In this document: one piece after another, positions 46,550 through 58,391 of the stretch | How the letters are laid out: every line of letters starts with the position of its first letter | How positions within the stretch are numbered: position 1 is the first letter of the stretch | Assembly (NCBI GenBank): GCA_040755455.1 | Contig: JBFMAY010000002.1 | Span: 64,001-128,000, forward strand | From: Thermodesulfobacteriota bacterium | GTDB taxonomy: Bacteria; Desulfobacterota; Desulfobulbia; Desulfobulbales; SURF-16 | Direction: 5' to 3' | Length of the DNA: 64,000 nt | Made by a program: the position numbers and the translations under genes | The notes under the pieces: generated by a model | The model's database searches: none | What the model was told of the DNA's origin: nothing | The model's input: the letters and a program-made list of their open reading frames with translations, nothing else

Positions 46550-48934
46550 TCAGCGATCACGGTCTTCCGCACTGGTGGCCAGGGCCAGCTTCTGGGAAGA
46601 GGTGACGATCTGATCCAGAATCTGGACCACGTCCTTAACCGCCGAGGCAATATGGCTGGTCAGATCCTGATTATGCACCGAGGAATCGACCACCTCCTTG
46701 ATATTGCTCCGCACCACTTCACTGTTTTCGCTGATGAGCTCGGCTTTATGGGTGACATCGGTGACCGAGGCGGAGATCCGGTTGATGCCGCCGGTGATTT
46801 TCTCAATTGCCCCCAGGGCCTCTTTAATAACATCAACCCCCTCGCTCAACTGTTTCACCCCATCCTTCATGGAGCTGATCGTTTCCTTGGAATCATCCTG
46901 GATTCCATTAACAATCTTGGCGATATCCACCGCCGATTTTGAGCTCTTTTCCGCCAGTTTCCGCACCTCATCGGCCACCACGGCGAAACCACGCCCGGCA
47001 TCGCCGGCCCTGGCCGCCTCGATGGCGGCATTAAAGGCCAGCAAATTGGTTTGTGAGGCGATATCCTTGATAATGTCGATAAATTCCGAAATTTTACTTA
47101 ACTGCTTAGCCAGCTCACCGACATTGGCGTTGTTGATCAGCATGGATTCATTGATCTTGGCCAGACGCTGCATGGCCTTACCCGCCGCCTCTCCACCCAC
47201 CTTGGCATCAGTGGTCACCCCGCTGGATATTTCCGCCGATTCACTTGTGGCACGCAGCATCTGCTTGACACAGCTGATCATCTCGTCAATGGTGCCACTG
47301 GAGTTGGCCAGCAGCTGCACTTCCTTATCAATGGATGAATCCATGGAGGTGATGCTGGTGGAAACATTCTGCATTTCCGTCTTGGATGCAGTGGCAATGC
47401 CGGTCAGTTTGACAACCTCATCACTGGCCTTGGCCACCCGCTGCCTGGCTGCGGTTTCGGCGGTGATATCAAGGACGAATTCCAGGGCACCCTCGATATT
47501 GCCCTTGGCGTCCTTGATCGGCGCGCCGGTATATTTGATGGGAATCTCCACCCCTTCCCGGGGCCGGGCAATGGTTTCCTCATGGACCACCCGGTCCTCC
47601 CTCATGGCCCGCCCCACCGCGCATTTATCGGTGCGGCAGTGGGAGGTCTTGAACAGGTCATAGCATTTGCGGCCGATGGCCTCCTCGGGCGTAAGTCCCA
47701 GAATCGACGCCCCGGCGGGATTCATGAAGGTGACGTTAAAAGCCGTATCAACGCTCATCACCGGCGTGGGCAGGGCGTTGAGGTTGTTGATCTTCTGCTG
47801 GGCCGCGGTGCGCTGCCGCACCTCCTCCGTCACATCAAGGACAAACTCCAGGGCCCCCTCGATATTGCCCTTGGCGTCCTTGATCGGCGCGCCGGTATAC
47901 TTGATCGGGATGATCACCCCTTCCCTGGGACGGGCAATGGTTTCCTCGCTGACCACCCGGTCCTCCCGCATGGCCCGCCCCACCGCGCATTTATCGGTGC
48001 GGCAGTGGGAGGTCTTGAACAGGTCATAGCATTTGCGGCCGATGGCCTCCTCGGGCGTGAGCCCCAGGACCGCGGCCCCGGCGGGATTCATGAAGGTGAT
48101 GCTAAATTCGGTATCAACGCTCATCACCGGCGTGGGCAGGGCGTTGAGGTTGTTGATCTTCTGCTGGGCCGCGGTGCGCTGCCGCACCTCCTCCGTCACG
48201 TCCAGGACAAACTCCAGGGCCCCCTCGATATTGCCCTTGGCGTCCTTGATCGGCGCGCCGGTGTACTTGATCGGGATGATCACCCCTTCCCTGGGACGGG
48301 CAATGGTTTCCTCGCTGACCACCCGGTCCTCCCGCATGGCCCGCCCCACCGCGCATTTATCGGTGCGGCAATGGGAGGTCTTGAACAGGTCATAGCATTT
48401 GCGGCCGATGGCCTCCTCGGGCGTGAGCCCCAGGACTGAAGCCCCGGCGGGATTCATGAAGGTGATGCTAAATTCGGTATCAACGCTCATCACCGGCGTG
48501 GGCAGGGCGTTGAGGTTACTAATCTTCTGCTGGGCCGCAGTGCGCTGCCGCACCTCCTCCGTCATATCAAGGACAAACTCCAGGGCGCCCTCGATATTAC
48601 CCTTGGCGTCCTTAATCGGCACGCCGGTGTACTTGATCGGGATGATCACCCCTTCCCTGGGCCGGGCGATGGTTTCCTCGCTGACCACCCGGTCCTCCCG
48701 CATGGCGCGCCCCAGGGCGCAGCGGTCTGTTTTGCAATGCGGCGTCCTGAACATATCAAAGCATTTGCGGCCAACCACCGCTTCGGGGGTAAGACCGAGA
48801 AGCGAGGCCCCGGCGGGATTCATAAAAGTGATATTAAAATCCGTATCAACGCTCATCACCGGGGTAGGCAGCACATTCAAATAGGCTGTTTGCTCGCCGC
48901 TATTCCTGTCTTTTTTTGTAGCTGCTGGGCACAT
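46550..48934 (-). CDS. Soluble methyl-accepting chemotaxis-like receptor with four PAS/PAC domains
   Basis: Hairpin tip [38 protein letters not shown]; four 122-aa PAS repeats; no TM helix; AAGGAG RBS before ATG 48934. Confidence 0.95.
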   Translation of the reverse strand: MCPAATKKDRNSGEQTAYLNVLPTPVMSVDTDFNITFMNPAGASLLGLTPEAVVGRKCFDMFRTPHCKTDRCALGRAMREDRVVSEETIARPREGVIIPIKYTGVPIKDAKGNIEGALEFVLDMTEEVRQRTAAQQKISNLNALPTPVMSVDTEFSITFMNPAGASVLGLTPEEAIGRKCYDLFKTSHCRTDKCAVGRAMREDRVVSEETIARPREGVIIPIKYTGAPIKDAKGNIEGALEFVLDVTEEVRQRTAAQQKINNLNALPTPVMSVDTEFSITFMNPAGAAVLGLTPEEAIGRKCYDLFKTSHCRTDKCAVGRAMREDRVVSEETIARPREGVIIPIKYTGAPIKDAKGNIEGALEFVLDVTEEVRQRTAAQQKINNLNALPTPVMSVDTAFNVTFMNPAGASILGLTPEEAIGRKCYDLFKTSHCRTDKCAVGRAMREDRVVHEETIARPREGVEIPIKYTGAPIKDAKGNIEGALEFVLDITAETAARQRVAKASDEVVKLTGIATASKTEMQNVSTSITSMDSSIDKEVQLLANSSGTIDEMISCVKQMLRATSESAEISSGVTTDAKVGGEAAGKAMQRLAKINESMLINNANVGELAKQLSKISEFIDIIKDIASQTNLLAFNAAIEAARAGDAGRGFAVVADEVRKLAEKSSKSAVDIAKIVNGIQDDSKETISSMKDGVKQLSEGVDVIKEALGAIEKITGGINRISASVTDVTHKAELISENSEVVRSNIKEVVDSSVHNQDLTSHIASAVKDVVQILDQIVTSSQKLALATSAEDRDR
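47462..48880 (-). repeat. Intragenic tandem repeat, about 4 x 366 bp (PAS/PAC units)
   Basis: Near-identical nucleotide blocks recurring at a 366-bp period (e.g. at 47771, 48137, 48503); boundaries approximate. Confidence 0.93.
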
Positions 48935-48971
48935 TGCCGTCTCCTTTACTTCTTTTTGTTTTAAATTCCTG

Positions 48972-50456
48972 TTAACAAGGTTTTTCACTACCAAATTCCA
49001 GATAGTTGCCGATTAAATTCTCAACATTGATCACCAGAACGCTTTCGCTGATATCGTCCTCCGTGATCAATTCAATGGTCCGGTCAAGGATGTCCTGGCG
49101 GGGACGCAGTCTGGGATTTAAGGCCGGGGTATGAAAAAATTTTTCCTGTTTCTGGATGGTGACGATATCATCCACTGCCAGGGCAACCCTGCCTTCCGCC
49201 GAGCGGGCGATGATATATTTATCGCGGCCGGCCCCTCCATCGTCTACCGAATCATAACCGAAAAAAAGACGCAGGTTGACCACCGGCACCATCTGCCCGC
49301 GCAGATCGATAATTCCCGACAAAAAACCTCCCATGGCCGGAACCGGTATGATTCGGCAGTTCTCCAGTATCTCCTGGACATCGTGGAGGGCAATGGCGAA
49401 ATCCCTTTCCACCTTGAAAATCAGATAGCTGTTTCCGGTGATCAGATGTTGGGAATGACTCGCTGCCACTTTCTTGTCTTCGTCCATATCGGAAGACATG
49501 TCAGCCACCCGGCCCAGCTCCTCAAGCTCGCCGGCCAGCATTTTTCCCATGTCCAGCAGCATGATATCGCGGCCGGAGGCGAGATGCAGCATGCCCGTCA
49601 CCCCGGCCCCCTTCCCTGTTTTCGCGCAGGGGACGGGCACAACCTCGGCTGTTGCAACGGAGCGTATTTCCTGAATGCCGTCAACGATGATGCCGCAATA
49701 TATTTTTCTGACCAGCAGAATGATCACCCGGCTCTGCTCGGTGAGAGCGATCTTTCCCTTTGCCTCGGTCAGCAGGAGTTTGCTGTCAATGACCGGGATC
49801 ATCCGGCCCCGCATTTCCACCGCCCCCTCGATACTGCCGCTCTGGAAGGTGTCATTCAGCCCGGAGAGGGTGTTGATCTCCTGCACATCGCCCACATCGA
49901 CCCCGTATTCCATGCCGTTGCAGGTAAAAACAAGATATTGCCGGCGCTGCTGCGCCGTTATGCCGGCGGACAGCTGTTGCCCTTCCTCAATCTCCGGCCC
50001 GGCCACGCTCTCATCCCCGGCCGCCTGGCCAAGCAGCAGGTCCAGATCGAGAATCTCCAGCAGGCGCCGGCCGTCATCAAGCCTGATAATGGCTGAAACT
50101 ATCCGGTCTTCCCCCTGGAGGCCCGGCAGAACGGGCTCAATCATCTCCTGGCCGACCCGCAGCACATCCTTGATGTCCTCCACGAGAACGCCGCAGCGCG
50201 TGCGGCCCAGCCGGACAACCGCTATTCTATGATCAGGGCCGTAATCACAGTCAGCCATGGCAAGCCGCTTTTTCAGATTGATGACGGGAATAACCCTGCC
50301 GCGCAGGTTCATCAGCCCATAAAGATAGGCGACGCAGCCCGGTACCGGCAGAATCTTGTCAGCAGCCTTGATTGCCTCCACAACCCGGTCGGCGGGTATG
50401 GCAATCTCGATATCGTTGTTAAGGATGAAGGTTGCAAAAAGTTGTTCCTTTCCCAT
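48972..50456 (-). CDS. cheW: Triple-CheW-domain protein
   Basis: Three CheW signatures: [45 protein letters not shown]. Confidence 0.92.
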   Translation of the reverse strand: MGKEQLFATFILNNDIEIAIPADRVVEAIKAADKILPVPGCVAYLYGLMNLRGRVIPVINLKKRLAMADCDYGPDHRIAVVRLGRTRCGVLVEDIKDVLRVGQEMIEPVLPGLQGEDRIVSAIIRLDDGRRLLEILDLDLLLGQAAGDESVAGPEIEEGQQLSAGITAQQRRQYLVFTCNGMEYGVDVGDVQEINTLSGLNDTFQSGSIEGAVEMRGRMIPVIDSKLLLTEAKGKIALTEQSRVIILLVRKIYCGIIVDGIQEIRSVATAEVVPVPCAKTGKGAGVTGMLHLASGRDIMLLDMGKMLAGELEELGRVADMSSDMDEDKKVAASHSQHLITGNSYLIFKVERDFAIALHDVQEILENCRIIPVPAMGGFLSGIIDLRGQMVPVVNLRLFFGYDSVDDGGAGRDKYIIARSAEGRVALAVDDIVTIQKQEKFFHTPALNPRLRPRQDILDRTIELITEDDISESVLVINVENLIGNYLEFGSEKPC

Positions 50457-50762
50457 ATCCGCTTTTCCCTTAACGCAACTCCCTTTATCCGCCAGGAGAC
50501 ACTGGCAGAATTGTCAGTATTTTCCTCATAATTACAGTAAAAATTATATAGAAATAAATTTTGAAAGAGAATTTATTTTTTGCAAGGAGGAGGCGGGGGA
50601 TGGGAAGTTTGCCGGGATAATTATGCGGTATGCGATGGCGGAATCGTCCATGCCACCTTGTAGCACAAGGGATTGAAAAGGATAGGGGCTGCTTTTCCCG
50701 GAAAAGGGCTTCCTTTATTTTTTTTGCATCAGGCGGCGGGAAAAAGGAGGAAGGGGAATTTT

Positions 50763-51491
50763 TTATTGCCCCAGGGCCGCGGCAATCTCATCCTGCAGGC
50801 CGGTGATGACCCCCAGGGGATCGGCCGCCCTGGTGATGGGTCTGCCCACCACCACGTAATCGGCGCCATTGGCCACGGCCTTGCGGGCGGTCATGATGCG
50901 GGTCTGGTCATCGCCCCCGTCGTCAATATTGGCGCCCGGCCGGATGCCGGGAGTGACGATCAGCAGCTTTTCGCCCAGTCCCTGGCGCAGCCTGGCCGCC
51001 TCAAGCCCGGAGGAAACCACCCCGTCGCAGCCGAGTTCCAGGGCCCGTCTGGCCCTGAAGTACACCAGATCCTCGATGCTGCCGGTCATGCCCATGGCCC
51101 GCATGTCCTCTTCGCCGAAACTGGTCAGCACCGTCACGGCCAGAATTTTCAGAGCGTTATCATTCCCGCTCCTGGCGGCAAGGGAGGCGCGGATAATCGG
51201 ATCATTGCCGTGCACGGTGGCAAAGGTCACCCCCCGGTCCTGCAGCTGCATCATGGCAAGCTTGACGGTTTCCGGGATATCAAAAAATTTGAGATCCACC
51301 ATCACCTTGTGGCCCCGGTCGACAATCCAGTCCACCATGTCAAACCAGCCAGCCAGAAACAGCTGCAGACCCACCTTGTAAAACTTTATTTTCCCCTCTG
51401 TTTTCCTGACCCATTCCTTTGCCGTATCAGGCTCCTGGACATCAAGTGCCAGGATAATCCGTTCGTCCAAGGGGATGTTTTTATCTTTCAT
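50763..51491 (-). CDS. pyrF: Orotidine-5'-phosphate decarboxylase
   Basis: IILALD, KVGLQLF, DLKFFDIPETV, AVTVLTS, TPGIRP, VVGRPI. Confidence 0.97.
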   Translation of the reverse strand: MKDKNIPLDERIILALDVQEPDTAKEWVRKTEGKIKFYKVGLQLFLAGWFDMVDWIVDRGHKVMVDLKFFDIPETVKLAMMQLQDRGVTFATVHGNDPIIRASLAARSGNDNALKILAVTVLTSFGEEDMRAMGMTGSIEDLVYFRARRALELGCDGVVSSGLEAARLRQGLGEKLLIVTPGIRPGANIDDGGDDQTRIMTARKAVANGADYVVVGRPITRAADPLGVITGLQDEIAAALGQ

Positions 51492-51515
51492 TTGCCACCG
51501 AAATAAAATTAAAAA

Positions 51516-51543
51516 TTGATAATTAAGGTTTGACCGTTATAAT
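51516..51543 (+). promoter_or_regulatory. Candidate sigma70 promoter for amn
   Basis: TTGATA-N16-TATAAT about 90 bp upstream of ATG 51635. Confidence 0.45.
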
Positions 51544-51634
51544 AACCGATACCGGCCCCGCCGGGAATTGGAAATTAACATTACACAGCCAGCCGCAGCC
51601 ACACTGCCGCTGACCATAAAAGGGATACTCCTTC

Positions 51635-52408
51635 ATGAGCTCATTGCTGCGCCCGGACAATTATGCCCGTCACACCCTGGAACGCTATACCGGTTCTCCG
51701 ATCAAGGAGTTCTGCTCCCACATCCTGGTCTGCAACTTTCACCGTTACATCAGGTCCTTTGCCCAAATTACCGGGAAACAGATTCTCTCCAACAACTGGA
51801 GCGTGGTGCATGACCATGACACCGATATCTCCATCATCAACTACGGGGTTGGTTCACCCTCCGCCGGCATTGTCATGCACTGCCTCTCCTTTCTCGATGA
51901 ACTGAAATGCGTGCTCATGCTGGGCATGTGCGGCGGCATCGATGATGCCCTTGCCATCGGCGACCTGCTGCTGCCCACGGCCAGCATCAGGGATGAGGGT
52001 ACCAGCGCCCACTATCTGCCCAAGGACGTTCCCGCCCTGCCCACCTTCGGCATGAACCGGGTGGCGGAAGAGGTCATCATGCAGGAGGTCAACAAGGTAC
52101 CGAAATCAGGCATCATGCATACCACGGACTACCGCATGTGGGAATTTGACAATGACTTCATTGAGTACATCCTCAAGCACCGCATCATCGCCATTGATAT
52201 GGAAATCGCCACTATCTTCTCCGTCGGTTACGCCTTGAATGTCCCCACGGCGGCCCTCATGCTGGTTTCGGATCTCCCCCTGAAAAAGGGTGGGATCAAA
52301 AGCAAGGACAGTGCCTCGGTGGTCTTTGAGAACTACACCGAACAGCATCTGGATATCGGCATTAAAATCATGAAGGAAGTCAAAAGACAGAACTATCCCA
52401 TCAGGTAA
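51635..52408 (+). CDS. amn: AMP nucleosidase, short form (PNP/UDP phosphorylase fold)
   Basis: LERYTG, SIIN.G.GSP.A, IRDEGTS..Y.P, R.WE.D..F, IDME.AT, LMLVSD.P. Confidence 0.85.
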   Translation: MSSLLRPDNYARHTLERYTGSPIKEFCSHILVCNFHRYIRSFAQITGKQILSNNWSVVHDHDTDISIINYGVGSPSAGIVMHCLSFLDELKCVLMLGMCGGIDDALAIGDLLLPTASIRDEGTSAHYLPKDVPALPTFGMNRVAEEVIMQEVNKVPKSGIMHTTDYRMWEFDNDFIEYILKHRIIAIDMEIATIFSVGYALNVPTAALMLVSDLPLKKGGIKSKDSASVVFENYTEQHLDIGIKIMKEVKRQNYPIR

Positions 52409-52413
52409 AGATC

Positions 52414-53214
52414 GTGCTCCGTATTGATTTCCACGCCCATGCCTTCCCGGATGCCCTGGCGGCAACCACAATCCCTTTCCTTGAACAGAAGGGCTCCGTG
52501 CGCGCCGCACTCGACGGCAGGGTGAGTTCCCTGATTAGCTCCATGGATAGCGCGGGCATTACCCAAAGCGTGGTCTGCTCCATTGCCACCCGGCCGAAAC
52601 AGTTCCGCTCCATTCTCGACTGGTCGCGCTCCATCCGCAGCGAACGGATCACCCCTTTTCCCTCCTTTCACCCTGAATCGCCCCAGGCCTTGGCTGAGAT
52701 TGACGAAATCCACCGGGAGGGCTTTCAAGGCATCAAGCTGCACCCCTACTATCAGGATTTTTTTCTTGACGAACCGCGGCTGCTGCCGGTCTTTGCCCGC
52801 ATAGCCGATCTCGGCCTGATCCTGGTCATGCATACCGGTTTTGATATCGGCTTTCCCCGGGAGCTGCGGGCTGATCCCGCCAAAATCGCCGCGCTCATGC
52901 GGCAGTTCCCGCGGTTGAAATTCATCGCCACCCATCTCGGCTCCTGGCAGCAATGGCAGGAGGTGCATGAGGAGCTGGTCGGCACCGATGTCTATTTCGA
53001 CATCGCCTTTTCCCTGGAATTTCTGCCAAAGGAGTTGGCAAGAAAGATTATCCTGAACCACCCCGCTGACCGGGTGCTGTTCGGCTCGGATTCGCCGTGG
53101 GCGGCCCAGCAGGACACCATCGGGCTGCTGCGGAGTCTGGAACTGGGACCGGAAAGAGAAGCGCAGATCCTGGGGGAAAACGCGGCAAGGCTGCTCGCTT
53201 TGGCTGGTGGCTGA
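52414..53214 (+). CDS. Amidohydrolase family protein (TIM barrel)
   Basis: IDFHAH, GIKLHP.YQ, H.G.D, ATHLG, RVLFGSDSPW. Confidence 0.9.
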   Translation: MLRIDFHAHAFPDALAATTIPFLEQKGSVRAALDGRVSSLISSMDSAGITQSVVCSIATRPKQFRSILDWSRSIRSERITPFPSFHPESPQALAEIDEIHREGFQGIKLHPYYQDFFLDEPRLLPVFARIADLGLILVMHTGFDIGFPRELRADPAKIAALMRQFPRLKFIATHLGSWQQWQEVHEELVGTDVYFDIAFSLEFLPKELARKIILNHPADRVLFGSDSPWAAQQDTIGLLRSLELGPEREAQILGENAARLLALAGG

Positions 53215-53224
53215 TTGGCGGTAC

Positions 53225-53247
53225 AGGGGCGGTTCGCGCCCCCCTAC
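53225..53247 (-). repeat. Degenerate GTAG-type REP
   Basis: Minus strand GTAGgggggcgcgaaccgcccct between convergent genes; resembles the REP at 20089. Confidence 0.55.
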
Positions 53248-53253
53248 GTCTCC

Positions 53254-53835
53254 TCACTTCTTCCCTCTCGCCTCATTCACATCGCAGAACACCCGGCCGC
53301 CGACCCGGTAGGCCCCGCTCTCCAGGTTATAGCTCATACCGGTGCCGCGCACTGTAGTATCCTTGCTCTTGAAAAAGATCCCGGCAGCGGTTTTCACCGT
53401 TTTGTACGGGATCAGATAACGCAGCGCATCGGCACGCAGTTCATATTTGTTTTTGGCAACAACAGCGGCATTCTCCACCAGGGTGAGAATCTGTTTATCA
53501 TCGTCATAAAAGCCTTCGCCCCCGGTGATATGCGCCCTCTCCCTGCCTTTGGCATAGAGCGTGGCGTCGACATTCTGCAGATGAAACGAATCCTTGCCCC
53601 GGCGGCCGCTCTGCACCCTGGCGGCACTCAGCACCAGATCGGCCTGGCCGTTTTCATAGCGGCTCAGCTGCACATCGGTCAGGATAAAACTGTTATCCTG
53701 CACCGGATCGCCGGTTTTCACCTTGAGATGACCATGGGGCGAAAGAAATTCTTCCACCCCTGGTTTCCAGACAGGACTGGTCACCAGCAGGGTCAAGGGA
53801 ATAATCCATAGGAGATTGCGGGGGCCGGAAAGCAT
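53254..53835 (-). CDS. lptC: LPS export ABC transporter periplasmic protein LptC
   Basis: N-terminal membrane anchor, beta-jellyroll pattern (G.GM.YNL), downstream of kdsA-kdsC. Confidence 0.75.
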   Translation of the reverse strand: MLSGPRNLLWIIPLTLLVTSPVWKPGVEEFLSPHGHLKVKTGDPVQDNSFILTDVQLSRYENGQADLVLSAARVQSGRRGKDSFHLQNVDATLYAKGRERAHITGGEGFYDDDKQILTLVENAAVVAKNKYELRADALRYLIPYKTVKTAAGIFFKSKDTTVRGTGMSYNLESGAYRVGGRVFCDVNEARGKK

Positions 53836-53879
53836 AAAAACATCAATGTAAAATCAGCATATTAACGACGGGGATCATT

Positions 53880-53907
53880 GCAGGTGCGGTTCGCGAATCG
53901 CACCTGC
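53880..53907. repeat. REP-like palindrome
   Basis: gcaggtgcggttcgcgaatcgcacctgc; shares the gcggttcgc core with REPs at 20089 and 53225. Confidence 0.6.
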
Positions 53908-53927
53908 GGTCTTTTGCCTCTTAACTT

Positions 53928-54578
53928 TCAACCCAGATACTTGCCCAGCAGTTCGGGATAGAGCCCCTTGGCATCAATGATCAGGTCGCACACCTCGCGC
54001 ACCGCGCCGCAGCCGCCGGGACGCCTGGCAACATAATCAACCGCCTCGATGACCTCGGGAACAGCATCCGCCACGGTGGCCGAAAAACCCACCCTGGCAA
54101 GCAAAGCCAGGTCAAGCCAGTCGTCACCCATGTACGCCACCTGATGGGGGGCAAGCCGCATCTCGGCCATGATCTCTTCAAATACCGCCACTTTATTGCG
54201 TTTCCCCTGGTAGACCCGGGTGAGATTCAGGTCCTGGGCCCGCCGGTTCAGAGCCTTTGAACTGCGCGCCGTGATCAGGCCGATTTCCACCTCAGCCTGG
54301 CGCAGCAGATTCATGCCGAAACCGTCCCGGGAATTAAAGGTCTTGATCTCGCTGCCCTCATCGGTGTAGGAAATAGAGCCGTTGGTCAGCACGCCATCCA
54401 CATCAAGCAGCAGCAGCTTCACCTCCTTGGCCTTGGGCAGACATTTACGCCAGGCATAGCCCTTCTGTTGATTTTCCGTGCGGCTGGCTGCCTTCTGCAG
54501 CAGGGCCCGGGTGAATTCGCAGTCACCGGGATAAGCAGCATCATTGTCGGGAGCAGGACAGGGGTCGTTATCTTGCAT
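53928..54578 (-). CDS. kdsC: KDO 8-phosphate phosphatase (HAD-IIIA)
   Basis: LLLDVDGVLTNG, F..RDG.G, AYMGDD..D, GG.GAVRE; start uncertain. Confidence 0.92.
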   Translation of the reverse strand: MQDNDPCPAPDNDAAYPGDCEFTRALLQKAASRTENQQKGYAWRKCLPKAKEVKLLLLDVDGVLTNGSISYTDEGSEIKTFNSRDGFGMNLLRQAEVEIGLITARSSKALNRRAQDLNLTRVYQGKRNKVAVFEEIMAEMRLAPHQVAYMGDDWLDLALLARVGFSATVADAVPEVIEAVDYVARRPGGCGAVREVCDLIIDAKGLYPELLGKYLG

Positions 54579-54661
54579 GGGCAATGCTATTTCCTTTATG
54601 GCCTCTACAGTGCGATTCGCGGAAGACTTCAATTCCCCGGCAATAGCCTATCAGTCATGAG

Positions 54662-55489
54662 CTATATGCCAGCAACCATATTATGGAGCGCCACCAGGGT
54701 GGTAAGCAATGACTCAAGCTGATCAAGGGGCAGGGAATTCGGTCCGTCGCACAGCGCCTTTTCAGGCTCGGGGTGCACCTCCATGAACAGCCCGTCCACC
54801 CCGGCCGCCACCGCGGCCCGGGTCAGCGGGGCGATGAACTGCCGCTGTCCGCCGGAGCTGCCGCCGGCCCCGCCCGGCAGCTGCACGCTGTGGGTGGCGT
54901 CATAAATCACCGGACACCCCAGGGAACGCATGATGGGCAGGGAGCGCATATCCACCACCAGATTATTATAACCCAGGGTCGTCCCCCGCTCGGTCAGCAG
55001 AATATCGCGGTTGCCGCTCTGCCTGATCTTAGCCACCGCATGCTCCATATCCCAGGGGGCCATGAACTGCCCCTTTTTGACATTCACCACCTTGCCGGTG
55101 CGGGCCGCGGCGACCAAGAGATCGGTCTGCCGGCACAAAAAGGCCGGAATCTGCAGTATATCAAGCACCTTGGCCGCCTGGTCAACCTGGCTGACATCAT
55201 GCACATCGGAAATGACCGGGATCTGAAACTCCCGGCGGATGGCGGCCAGCATGCCCAGCCCCTCGGCCAGACCCGGCCCGCGATAGGAGGCGAGCGAGGT
55301 GCGGTTGGCCTTGTCGAACGAGGCCTTGAAGACAAAGGATATCCCCAGCCGGCCGGCAACCTCCTTGACATGGGCGGCAATGCGGCGGGCGACCTCCTCC
55401 GACTCGAGCACGCACGGCCCGGCGATCAGCAGCAGAGGCTGGCCCGGACCGATGCGGAAGTAATCCTTGACCGCTACGCTGTCCATCAT
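54662..55489 (-). CDS. kdsA: KDO 8-phosphate synthase
   Basis: IAGPCVLE, KASFDKANRTS, QIPAFLCRQTDL, DATHSVQ.PG. Confidence 0.97.
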   Translation of the reverse strand: MMDSVAVKDYFRIGPGQPLLLIAGPCVLESEEVARRIAAHVKEVAGRLGISFVFKASFDKANRTSLASYRGPGLAEGLGMLAAIRREFQIPVISDVHDVSQVDQAAKVLDILQIPAFLCRQTDLLVAAARTGKVVNVKKGQFMAPWDMEHAVAKIRQSGNRDILLTERGTTLGYNNLVVDMRSLPIMRSLGCPVIYDATHSVQLPGGAGGSSGGQRQFIAPLTRAAVAAGVDGLFMEVHPEPEKALCDGPNSLPLDQLESLLTTLVALHNMVAGI

Positions 55490-56538
55490 TTCTTCTCCAT
55501 CCTGACCTTGAAACTCTCCGGCTCGCGGGAATAGCGGGTGGCTTCGCGCCAGTCAACAACCTTGGAGACACAGCGCTGCCGCAGTGATTCCTCAAAGCTG
55601 ACCATGCCCAGATTCTTCCCCTTGCGGATCTCGTCAATGATCTGGCTTTCCTTGGCCTGCCGGATCAGACTGGCCACCGGCGGTGTATTCATGAGAATCT
55701 CCATCACCGAGGCAACCCCGTTGCCGTCCGCGGTGGGGATCAGCACCTGATTGATCACCCCCAGCAGCGAGTTGGAAAGCTGCATGCGGATGAAATCCTG
55801 CTCATCCGAGCCAAACTCGGCGATAATCCTGGTAATAACCGCCGAGGCCGTTCTGGCGTGCAGGGTGCCCAACACCAGATGTCCCGTTTCCGCCGCCTTC
55901 AGGGCAATGCGGATGGTTTCCACGTCACGCATTTCACCCACGACAATAACATCGGGATCATGGCGCATGGAACATCGCACGCCATCGGCAAAAGTGAAGA
56001 CATCAACGCCGATCTCCCGCTGGGAAACGTTGCACAGCTTATGGACATGGACAATCTCAATGGGATCTTCAATGGTGATGATATGCTTGCTGCAGGAGCA
56101 ATTGATATGGTCGATGAGGGTGGCCATGGTGGTCGTCTTGCCGCTGCCCGTTGGACCGGTGATGACAAACAGGCCGCGTTCACGCACCATGGCGGAGCGC
56201 ACCTCCTGCGGGATCTGCAGTTCGTCGAGGGTGAACATGACATTGGGGAAATGGCGCATGACCATGCCGATGCTGCCCCGCTGGCGGAATACGGCGATGC
56301 GGAAACGGCTTTCCCCGAAATCATAACCGAAATCCGTATTGCCGGTTTGGGAAAGCTCCACCATGCAACGGGGTGGAGTCAGGGCCCGCATGGCCTGTTC
56401 AATATCATCGGCGGTCATCGGCTTCGCCTGCATGCGCACCATTTTGCCGCCGATCCTGAGTGTCGGAGGGATACCCTCGGACAGATGAATATCATTGGCA
56501 TTATGGCTTATGGCTACCTTAAAGAGCTTGTCAACCAT
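55486..56538 (-). CDS. PilT/PilU family type IV pilus retraction ATPase paralogue
   Basis: GPTGSGKTT, TIEDPIE Asp box, VVGEMRD Walker B, GHLVLGTLH His box; AIRNLIRE motif degenerate (PVASLIRQ). Confidence 0.92.
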   Translation of the reverse strand: MVDKLFKVAISHNANDIHLSEGIPPTLRIGGKMVRMQAKPMTADDIEQAMRALTPPRCMVELSQTGNTDFGYDFGESRFRIAVFRQRGSIGMVMRHFPNVMFTLDELQIPQEVRSAMVRERGLFVITGPTGSGKTTTMATLIDHINCSCSKHIITIEDPIEIVHVHKLCNVSQREIGVDVFTFADGVRCSMRHDPDVIVVGEMRDVETIRIALKAAETGHLVLGTLHARTASAVITRIIAEFGSDEQDFIRMQLSNSLLGVINQVLIPTADGNGVASVMEILMNTPPVASLIRQAKESQIIDEIRKGKNLGMVSFEESLRQRCVSKVVDWREATRYSREPESFKVRMEKK

Positions 56539-56599
56539 AGATACTCCTCAACTCACAATGTGACGCGGATTGCCGGCAGAAACCGAAATCAGCAGAACA

Positions 56600-58255
<1,656 letters not shown>

Positions 58256-58391
58256 GAAGGTCACTATATAGCAACTGCCTGCTATTTTCCATTAAAAAAA
58301 GTTGCTAAATTGACAAGAACACAGGCAACAAATTTGTATAAATAATCAGTATTTTTTTGCACTCTTTACGCATTTCGGGTTATCTGTTGCC

